A stretch of DNA of 64,000 nucleotides from Candidatus Collierbacteria bacterium UBA2277 (GTDB taxonomy: Bacteria; Patescibacteriota; Microgenomatia; UBA1400; MFAQ01). Shown here piece after piece: positions 57,434 through 64,000 of this stretch (position 1 is the stretch's first letter; each line of letters begins with the position of its first letter). The notes beneath the pieces were generated by a model. It saw only the letters and a list, made by a program, of their open reading frames with translations, was not told where the DNA came from and ran no database searches. A program made the position numbers and the translations under genes. The stretch covers positions 33,553 to 97,552 of the forward strand of contig DDWV01000001.1 in the NCBI GenBank assembly GCA_002347045.1, read 5' to 3'.

Positions 57434-57517
57434 AGCCTCTGTATTGTACCACAGGAGGCTAGTTTTGACATAAAAATAACCGCTTTTGTGGAGATTTGAG
57501 GGGTTGGCTGTTTAAAC

Positions 57518-58393
57518 TTATCTTGTTTCAGATATGTACACCCCTAAAGCAATAAAAATAGTGGCTACTATAGCAATGGGCGAGAAAACTTCTTTAAGCC
57601 ATACGATTGATAGAGGAATGGCAAAAATTGGTTTGAGATAGGAGAAAACTACTGCTTCTGAGGCCTCTATGCGCTTTTGTCCTTCCTGATAGGTCCAAAA
57701 AGCGATAATAGACCCAGCAATAGACATAAATAGCACTCCGGGGAGTGCAAGAGGGCTTAGGGTAAGATTTGATCCAGTAGAAACTGAGGCTACGTAAAAG
57801 AAGGGGATGCTAATAACAAATGAATAAAAAGAAAGATAAATAGGGTTTATTTTTAGTTTTTTAGAAAAAAATAGGAACAAAGACCATATTAGAGCTCCGA
57901 GAAGAATGAGTAGATTTCCTTTGACAGATGAGTGTGATGCTTGGTGACCTCCCCTGATAAGGGGTTCTATAACTATCATTAGTGTTCCTGAAACAGCGAT
58001 AAGCAGTCCTTTTAATTCTTTTTTACTAAGTTTTTCATTGAGAAATAGAACACACAGTACAACGGTAAAAAGTGGACTAGTGGCGTCCAGTAATGAGGCT
58101 TCAAGTGATGATGTTAAGTTTATTCCAGCGTAAAGGGGGATTAGACAAAAAGGAGTACCGATAAGTGCTACTAGAAGAGTTTGAGTATGATTAATTCGGT
58201 GTTTCTTTTTAGCTTTGTAGGTGAAAAAAATCGGAATAAATAGAAGCGAGGCAAATAGATATCTGAAAAACAAAAAAGGAAGTGGTTGAATGAATTGAAA
58301 AGAATGTTTAATGATGGGCGTTGACACTCCCCAAATTGCAGCACTCATGAGTAATAGGAGATAGGCAACTAAACGGTTGTTTGAACGAGGCAT
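57518..58393 (-). CDS. EamA/DMT-family transporter
   Basis: 291 aa, ~10 TM helices arranged as two EamA-like halves. Confidence 0.6.
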   Translation of the reverse strand: MPRSNNRLVAYLLLLMSAAIWGVSTPIIKHSFQFIQPLPFLFFRYLFASLLFIPIFFTYKAKKKHRINHTQTLLVALIGTPFCLIPLYAGINLTSSLEASLLDATSPLFTVVLCVLFLNEKLSKKELKGLLIAVSGTLMIVIEPLIRGGHQASHSSVKGNLLILLGALIWSLFLFFSKKLKINPIYLSFYSFVISIPFFYVASVSTGSNLTLSPLALPGVLFMSIAGSIIAFWTYQEGQKRIEASEAVVFSYLKPIFAIPLSIVWLKEVFSPIAIVATIFIALGVYISETR

Positions 58394-58412
58394 TAAGTAA
58401 TTCTAACTTAAA

Positions 58413-59048
58413 TTAGAGTACCTTGGAACGGGATATTAGCAAGTTGCCATCGTATTCTTTAACTATTGCTAAAATAGTTTGACCCTGCTCGAGTTCTTCG
58501 ATCTTTACGGTAGATTTTTTTGAAAGAGAGAGAATTTTGTCTTGTTCGTTTATTGTAAGAGTAACGGTTTTCTTTTTTGTGTCCGTGGAGACAACTTCGG
58601 CAACGACAGCGGATGTCTTTACTAGCACTGGTTCTGCTTTGAAAACATTTATTCTTTTTGCTTGAACGATGTCGTCTTTTACTGAAGTTCCTATGACTAT
58701 GATTTTATCTCCAATCCCAAGTGAAGCGAATTTGAGAGTTGAGCCATTTTTTTGTATGAGTGTTTTGGCTGAAGTTGTTATCTGAATAAGATTCCCTTTT
58801 GATTCTATGGTGAGATTGTTACTACTTATGGAGGTGATGTCACCAGCAAATCCAACGAGTGTGTGGAGGTCAACTTTTTCTTTGAGTTTGGCTTCTGTAG
58901 TTGATAAATTTTCTTGGACAAGCAGTTTGATCTTGTCTTCCATGTTCTGAGTAGGGTTTGCTTCTGGACTGGCTGTTTCTGCCATTGTGCCAGATGTTAT
59001 TAGGAGAAAGAATAGACTAAAGATAAGGAAGGAATATATAAATTTCAT
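58413..59048 (-). CDS. Hypothetical secreted protein
   Basis: 211 aa with N-terminal signal peptide. Confidence 0.45.
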   Translation of the reverse strand: MKFIYSFLIFSLFFLLITSGTMAETASPEANPTQNMEDKIKLLVQENLSTTEAKLKEKVDLHTLVGFAGDITSISSNNLTIESKGNLIQITTSAKTLIQKNGSTLKFASLGIGDKIIVIGTSVKDDIVQAKRINVFKAEPVLVKTSAVVAEVVSTDTKKKTVTLTINEQDKILSLSKKSTVKIEELEQGQTILAIVKEYDGNLLISRSKVL

Positions 59049-59049
59049 A

Positions 59050-59481
59050 TTATTCAGGTATATTTTGTGTGTATATTACGGTAATGGAAGCTGAAGAAGT
59101 GGAAAGAGTTGGATCAACTATGGTTACTGAGATGGTGTTTTCACCATTAATGAGGTTAATTGGCGAAGAGTAGTTTCCATCTGAGTCTGAAGTAGTAATG
59201 ATGTTATCAGCTTCAGTAATTATAGCGATGTTTGAGTTAGGTTTAGTGACTCCCTTTAAAGTTATCTTGGATTCGGTGATAACAGCGTGGTCCTGAGGGT
59301 AAATAAATGATGTAGAGTTTTGTTCCTTAGGAGTATCAGTTGAGCTTGTGTCGTCGGTTTCTGTGGTTCGAGAGTCCGTTTGAACTGGAGCAGCGGCATT
59401 ATTTGCCATATTTATTCCATATAGTATTACACCACCAAGAATTACACCAATAATGACAGCTAGAATAACTTCTTTGCGCAT
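59050..59481 (-). CDS. Hypothetical membrane-anchored protein
   Basis: 143 aa, N-terminal TM, Thr/Ser-rich linker. Confidence 0.4.
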   Translation of the reverse strand: MRKEVILAVIIGVILGGVILYGINMANNAAAPVQTDSRTTETDDTSSTDTPKEQNSTSFIYPQDHAVITESKITLKGVTKPNSNIAIITEADNIITTSDSDGNYSSPINLINGENTISVTIVDPTLSTSSASITVIYTQNIPE

Positions 59482-59606
59482 ATGCTTTCGACAGAAGAAT
59501 AACAGTTAGTTTATAAAAATGCAAGTTTTGATAGTAAAAAGTGATAAAAAATGAAAGTTAGAAATATTGGTCCGTACTTAAAAATAGCCTGTGGTATTAT
59601 TGATTC

Positions 59607-60272
59607 ATGGAAATCACGTATTTAGGAAACGCATGTTTTAAATTAAAAAACAAGAACGGAATGTGTCTTTTGATTGACCCATTTAAGAGTGACTCCGTTG
59701 GTTTGCCATTGGCTAAAGAGGTAGCCGATGTGGTTACAATTTCTCATGCTCATGAAGGTCATAGCGCAATAGAGATAGTAACTGGCCCAGTGACACGTAA
59801 AAAAACTTTTGTTATCGATAATGAAGGTGAGTATGAGATAGATGGTGTTGAGATTACTGCTTTAAAGACTTTTCATGACAATGAAGAAGGTAAGGTTTAT
59901 GGAAAGAACCTGATAGTATATATCAGGATTGATGGAGTAAAAGTATTACACTTGGGTGACTTGGGTCATAAGCTGACCGAAACTCAGATTGATAAACTTG
60001 GTTCGGTGGATGTCTTGATGGTAGGTATAGGAGGTGTTACTTCTTTAGAAAATAATGAAGCAGTGGAGCTAATAAAGAGTATCCAACCTTCTTATGTAAT
60101 TCCGATGCATTACTCGGTAAAAGGTATGAAAGGGAACTATGCCACTAAACATACCTTAGAAGAATTTTTGGATAAAAATAAATTTTTGGTGTCTGGTGAG
60201 CCTGTTCATAAAATAAAAATCGACGAAAATAATATGCCAGACGATACGCAAGTACTAATAATGAATGCCTAA
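59607..60272 (+). CDS. MBL-fold metal-dependent hydrolase (UPF0173-like)
   Basis: ISHAHEGH metal-binding motif; 221 aa. Confidence 0.65.
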   Translation: MEITYLGNACFKLKNKNGMCLLIDPFKSDSVGLPLAKEVADVVTISHAHEGHSAIEIVTGPVTRKKTFVIDNEGEYEIDGVEITALKTFHDNEEGKVYGKNLIVYIRIDGVKVLHLGDLGHKLTETQIDKLGSVDVLMVGIGGVTSLENNEAVELIKSIQPSYVIPMHYSVKGMKGNYATKHTLEEFLDKNKFLVSGEPVHKIKIDENNMPDDTQVLIMNA

Positions 60273-61575
60273 TACTCGGATTCCACCTCATGCAGATGAG
60301 GCTGAAAAATCAATTTTGGGTGCAATCTTGATCGACAAGGATGCAATAGTAGATATTGCTGTTCTTTTGAGACCTGAGATGTTTTATAACGGAAACAATG
60401 GGGAGATTTTTAATGCTATGGTATCTCTGTATGAGAATCGAGATCCTATTGACGTTCTTACTGTGGCAGACTGGCTAAAGAAAGAAAAGCAGTTGGACAA
60501 GGTGGGTGGTAGGACATATTTGTCAGAGCTTTCAAATGTTGTTCCGGTTGCTTCTCATGTAGCAAAGTACGGCCAGATTGTGCGAGAAACATATATAAAG
60601 CGACAGCTTATCTCAGCAGGTGCTGTTATGGGAGAGATGGGGTTTGATGAAAGTAAACCGTTAGGTGAGATACTGGATAAAGCTGAACAGGCAATTTATT
60701 CCCTGTCACAAACGCATGTTAAAAAGTCTTTTGTTCCTGTAAAAGATGCTTTGGCCGAAAGTTTTGATCGTTTGGACTCCTTGCAAAATACTCCAGACGG
60801 ACTAAGAGGTTTACCTACGGGTTTTGCAGATTTAGATAAGATGTTGGCCGGAATGCAGGACAGTAATTTACTCATATTAGCTGCTCGTCCTGGTATAGGA
60901 AAAACAACCCTTGCTACAAATATTGCCCAGTATGCTGCTGTTGAGAAAAAACTTCCTGTGGGATATTTTGCTTTGGAAATGAGTAACTTGGAAATGGTAG
61001 ATAGAATGTTGGTGTCTCAGTCAAATATTGATGCATGGAAATTAAAAACGGGAAACTTGAAGGATGATGATTTTGCTAGATTGTCTGAAGGAATGGGAGT
61101 TTTGGCTGAGTCACCTTTGTATATCGATGATACCCCTGGTCAGTCTATTCTTGAGCTTAGAACAAAAGCTCGTCGTTTGCATTCTCAGGTAGGATTGAAG
61201 CTTTTGGTGGTTGATTACTTGCAGCTTTGTGTGGGTGACAAGAACTATGAGAGCAGAGTTCAAGAAGTGGGTGCCATATCTCAGGGATTGAAGAACCTGG
61301 CTCGTGAGCTGCGAATTCCAGTATTGGCGCTTTCACAGTTGAATCGTGGAGTTGAAAATAGAACGGACAAGACACCTGTGCTTGCTGATTTACGTGAGTC
61401 GGGCAGTATTGAGCAGGACGCAGATGTTGTTATGTTTCTTTATCGAAACGATGACGCGGTTTTGGAGGATGTTAAGTTGGCTATTGCAAAACATCGTAAT
61501 GGTGGACTGGGAACAATTGATCTTAAGTTTCGTGGTGATAGGGTTAAGTTTTATGGTGTGGATAGGGGAAGGTAA
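60265..61575 (+). CDS. dnaB: Replicative DNA helicase DnaB
   Basis: N-terminal primase-interaction domain (PPHADEAEKSILGAIL), Walker A ARPGIGKTT, Walker B LLVVDYLQL, arginine finger region; no intein; 436 aa. Confidence 0.85.
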   Translation: MPNTRIPPHADEAEKSILGAILIDKDAIVDIAVLLRPEMFYNGNNGEIFNAMVSLYENRDPIDVLTVADWLKKEKQLDKVGGRTYLSELSNVVPVASHVAKYGQIVRETYIKRQLISAGAVMGEMGFDESKPLGEILDKAEQAIYSLSQTHVKKSFVPVKDALAESFDRLDSLQNTPDGLRGLPTGFADLDKMLAGMQDSNLLILAARPGIGKTTLATNIAQYAAVEKKLPVGYFALEMSNLEMVDRMLVSQSNIDAWKLKTGNLKDDDFARLSEGMGVLAESPLYIDDTPGQSILELRTKARRLHSQVGLKLLVVDYLQLCVGDKNYESRVQEVGAISQGLKNLARELRIPVLALSQLNRGVENRTDKTPVLADLRESGSIEQDADVVMFLYRNDDAVLEDVKLAIAKHRNGGLGTIDLKFRGDRVKFYGVDRGR

Positions 61576-61680
61576 GAGCTTTCTCGATATTTCATCATAC
61601 CTACGTTATGTATCTGAAAAATTTTGTGCTTCCTCCTCTAATACTGAAGCCCCACTGATTCTTTACACATAGCTGTGCAC
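61572..61680 (+). repeat. Dispersed structured intergenic repeat, copy F (type 1, divergent)
   Basis: GTAAGAGCTTTCTCG begins at the dnaB stop codon; CATCATACCTACGTTATG; TGTGCTTCCTCCTCTAATACTGAAGCCCCACTGATTCTTTACACATAGCTG. Confidence 0.65.
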
Positions 61681-61773
61681 TGTTGATATGGCCTATAGCT
61701 TGACATTATACAAATATATTGATACAATTCAAGAGTACTTTAAACCTATTTTTTAGACCACAGGAGGAGAATA

Positions 61774-62013
61774 ATGATGTTTCTTGATGTTTTAAACTTA
61801 GTTATGGCTGTTACCTTTATTCTTTATGCCACCTCGGGACATGATCAGAGTGGCATAGTTAAAGAATTTGCCGATATTGGTATGATCCTTTCTCTGATAA
61901 TGATTTGTATTATTAGGGTATCATATTGGCCATTTATGGCCTGGAGTACATTATTGGTAGGCGAGGTAATTTACCTCGCTTATAAAATAATTATACGTAA
62001 TAAGAAAAAATAG
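61774..62013 (+). CDS. Small 2-TM membrane protein, hypothetical
   Basis: 79 aa; strong SD GGAGGAG 6 nt upstream. Confidence 0.45.
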   Translation: MMFLDVLNLVMAVTFILYATSGHDQSGIVKEFADIGMILSLIMICIIRVSYWPFMAWSTLLVGEVIYLAYKIIIRNKKK

Positions 62014-62042
62014 GTAGTTAAAAAGTTTTTTTAACCCATTTC

Positions 62043-62325
62043 AAATGAAGTGGGTTATTTTATGCCGAGAGAGGGGATGCGATTCCCTGCCTCACCAGGT
62101 TCGTTAGGAAACTGGTTCGCCTGTTCGATCCCCTCATGCTTGTCAAAACAAATAGCCCTCCATAAAGGAGGACTATTTTTTTAGTGCCGAGAGAGGGGAT
62201 CGCCATTCAGTAACTATTTGCTAATAGTTCTTCATGGCCTGCCTCGTTGTCAGCCACACCTCCGGCTTTCGATCCCCATTTATGACAAAAAAATATACGT
62301 CCACAAGGGACGTATATTCTTATTG
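62043..62325. repeat. Two tandem ~141-bp units, each beginning with the 3'-terminal 17-20 nt of tRNA-Leu (minus-strand sense); att-like tRNA-end array
   Basis: TGCCGAGAGAGGGGAT(CG) recurs at 62043, 62184 and 62326 (the real tRNA 3' end) with 141/142-bp period. Each unit also contains a TTCGATCCCC block. Confidence 0.7.
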
Positions 62326-62408
62326 TGCCGAGAGAGGGGATCGAACCCTCACGGCCTTGCGACCACAGGTTTTTGAGACCTGAGCGTATACCATTCCGCC
62401 ATCTCGGC
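62326..62408 (-). tRNA. tRNA-Leu (anticodon CAA), long variable arm
   Basis: Minus strand: GCCGAGATGGCGGAATGGTA..., anticodon stem CAGGT/ACCTG with loop CTCAAAA, variable arm TGGTCGCAAGGCCGTG, T-arm GAGGG-TTCGATC-CCCTC, acceptor 3' strand TCTCGGC + A. Confidence 0.8.
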
Positions 62409-62436
62409 ATTACTAAGTTATATTTTATCTCACTAA

Positions 62437-62492
62437 GGTCTTGCGACCACAGGTTTTTTAGCCTTAAGTGTTTACCATTCTGCCATCTTGGC
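62437..62492 (-). pseudogene. Truncated tRNA-Leu(TAA)-like 5' fragment (acceptor, D-arm, anticodon region, variable arm) lacking T-arm and 3' acceptor strand
   Basis: Minus strand GCCAAGATGGCAGAATGGTAAACACTTAAGGCTAAAAAACCTGTGGTCGCAAGACC is ~80% identical to the 5' two-thirds of the adjacent tRNA-Leu; no TTCGA T-loop follows. Confidence 0.6.
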
Positions 62493-62556
62493 ATGACTAA
62501 GACTATATTTTACATTAAATCGCTTTGTTGAGGGTGGAATGGAGTAGAATATAGGA

Positions 62557-63117
62557 ATGATTGATGTAAATAAACTAAAAGTTGGCGTTACCTTCACAGA
62601 AGAAGGTCAGCCATTTAAAGTGACAAAATATGACTTCACTAAAATGGGAAGAGGTAACGCCACGATAAAAGTTAAAGCCAAAAACATGTTTTCTGGCGCC
62701 ATTGTTACAAAGGGTTACATTTCAGGAAACATGGTTGAAGACATCACTTTAGACAAAAAGCATTTACAGTATTTGTATAAAGATGAAGACAAGGGTTATT
62801 TTATGGATCCAGTATCATTTGAACAGTATGAGATACCTCTAAAGGTATTAGGGGATGATGTTTCATACCTAGTTGAGGGAGACAAGGCTTGGGTGCTTTT
62901 TTGGGATGAAAAGATTCTTGGTGTTGAGCTTCCAGCAAGTGTAGTGATGGAGATCACTGAGTCAGAACAGGGAGCAAAAGGAAATACCGTTAGCAATGTT
63001 TTGAAGCCTGCAAAAACTTCTTCTGGCTTAATTGTAATGGTTCCTTTGTTTATCAAAGTAGGAGACTCGATAAAAATTAACACTGAAACCGGAGAGTATA
63101 CCTCTAGGGTTAACTAG
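62557..63117 (+). CDS. efp: Elongation factor P
   Basis: 186 aa; N-terminal KOW-like domain with conserved loop TKMGRGNAT; three-domain length. Confidence 0.8.
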   Translation: MIDVNKLKVGVTFTEEGQPFKVTKYDFTKMGRGNATIKVKAKNMFSGAIVTKGYISGNMVEDITLDKKHLQYLYKDEDKGYFMDPVSFEQYEIPLKVLGDDVSYLVEGDKAWVLFWDEKILGVELPASVVMEITESEQGAKGNTVSNVLKPAKTSSGLIVMVPLFIKVGDSIKINTETGEYTSRVN

Positions 63118-63119
63118 GT

Positions 63120-63566
63120 TTATTTGAGAAGAAGGACTAAAAGAATTACAAGAAGCTGAGGAAGTAGACCCCAAAGTTTGTCTGGTGTTGATCTATGGGC
63201 CCATTTGTGGAGATTGGCAAGCTGTTTGATGGGAAAAAATTTCATGTTTAGGAACAGGTAGGGGAACTCGAGAAAATCTGGTAATAAAGCAATAAACCAG
63301 CCTAGCCATGCAGCCCAATTGAAGGGTCGGCCAACTTGAAATACTAAGAAAACAGCTAGTATTGAAAGAGGAAAATCGACAAATAGCTCTTGGAGAAAAG
63401 CAATCTTTTTTGATTTATCTTTTTTGGATAGCCCTTGACCAATGTCCCAGTGTGGCACTCTATCTTCGATATAGTGTGAAAGAAGTACCAGAGGAACACT
63501 AATGTATGGGTTAGGAATTTTTGAGGCTATTAGGGCGCCAGTTAGTCCGTGTGATATAGATAGCAT
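63120..63566 (-). CDS. Membrane protein, hypothetical
   Basis: 148 aa, 4 hydrophobic helices. Confidence 0.45.
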   Translation of the reverse strand: MLSISHGLTGALIASKIPNPYISVPLVLLSHYIEDRVPHWDIGQGLSKKDKSKKIAFLQELFVDFPLSILAVFLVFQVGRPFNWAAWLGWFIALLPDFLEFPYLFLNMKFFPIKQLANLHKWAHRSTPDKLWGLLPQLLVILLVLLLK

Positions 63567-63594
63567 GTAGTTTTCTAGTATACAATACTGATAG

Positions 63595-64000
63595 ATGAAT
63601 GAAGCAGTATTTAGATTAAACGGTATATCGGTTTATGGTTTTGGATTGCTTGCTGTGGTCTCTTTTTTATGGGGATCATTTGTTTATTATCAAAAATCAA
63701 TTGAGTCTCGCCTGGATGAAAAGTTGATTTTGGACAGTGTGGTTTTGGCGGCTTTTTGGGGCTTAATCGTAGGGAGGATCGTTTATGCTTTTTTTGATAT
63801 TGGTACTTTTATGAGTCATTGGTCTAGATTATTTTTATTATCAAATTATCCTGGTCTAAATCGTTGGGGAGTGTTGATAGGGTTGTGTGTCGGGCTATGG
63901 TTTTCAATTAGGAAGATAAAAGCAAAACTTTTGGACTGGCTAGATCTAGTTGCTTTGGGAGTGTCTGCAGGTAGTTCGGTATTTTTTGCCGGTTTATCGA
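63595..64000 (+). CDS. lgt: Prolipoprotein diacylglyceryl transferase, 3'-truncated by window edge
   Basis: ATG at 63595; LNGISVYGFGLLAVVSF, AAFWGLIVGRIVYAFF, WGVLIGLCVGLW parallel Lgt TM1-TM3 motifs (GPxxxxWYG, GGRxxYV, GGxxG). ORF runs off the window. Confidence 0.55.
   Translation, partial: MNEAVFRLNGISVYGFGLLAVVSFLWGSFVYYQKSIESRLDEKLILDSVVLAAFWGLIVGRIVYAFFDIGTFMSHWSRLFLLSNYPGLNRWGVLIGLCVGLWFSIRKIKAKLLDWLDLVALGVSAGSSVFFAGLS

Noticed and set aside
1-64000. CRISPR arrays, integrase/transposase genes, restriction-modification or toxin-antitoxin modules
   Set aside because: No regularly spaced short direct repeats, no Cas, integrase, transposase or methylase-like motifs were found in any six-frame ORF. 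The mobile-looking features are limited to the non-coding repeats described.
1-64000. UGA recoding (code 25)
   Set aside because: Conserved genes (HIT 40538-40540, rseP, GNAT) terminate at TGA with normal lengths. Many long ORFs are intact under code 11.

Overview
This window reads as dense bacterial chromosome with roughly 40% GC and standard code 11 (TGA ends several conserved genes). The gene content suggests a small-genome, possibly CPR/Patescibacteria-like organism, but that is inference only. It contains the 3' part of a >2181-aa collagen-like repetitive surface protein and many housekeeping genes. The housekeeping genes include def-fmt, mreB/mreC/PBP2, topA, thyX, tmk, glyA, folD, rpsB-tsf, frr, rseP, rpsU-yqeY, ybeY, dnaX-ybaB-recR, cysS, ychF, rpsF-ssb-rpsR, ctp, prfA, rpmE, dnaB, efp, lgt, rpmB and an Elp3-like radical-SAM/GNAT protein. 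Four tRNAs are present: Thr-TGT, Thr-GGT, Tyr-GTA and Leu-CAA. Seven findings stand out.
1. A family of six same-orientation ~105-110-bp structured intergenic repeats. Two copies are bracketed by direct duplications of tRNA 3' ends.
2. A tRNA-Leu locus with tandem 141-bp units that each start with the tRNA 3' terminus, plus a truncated tRNA-Leu(TAA)-like half.
3. A multi-zinc-ribbon membrane protein gene split by a -1 frameshift at a canonical slippery heptamer G_GGA_AAA followed by a hairpin.
4. An ~800-nt ORF-poor, hairpin-rich unit bounded by a promoter and a terminator, which may be a large ncRNA.
5. Duplicated promoter+gene modules flanking thyX.
6. Tandem 4-Cys mini-protein paralogs.
7. 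An orphan promoter-to-terminator unit that may be an sRNA.
No CRISPR array, integrase or transposase was seen.
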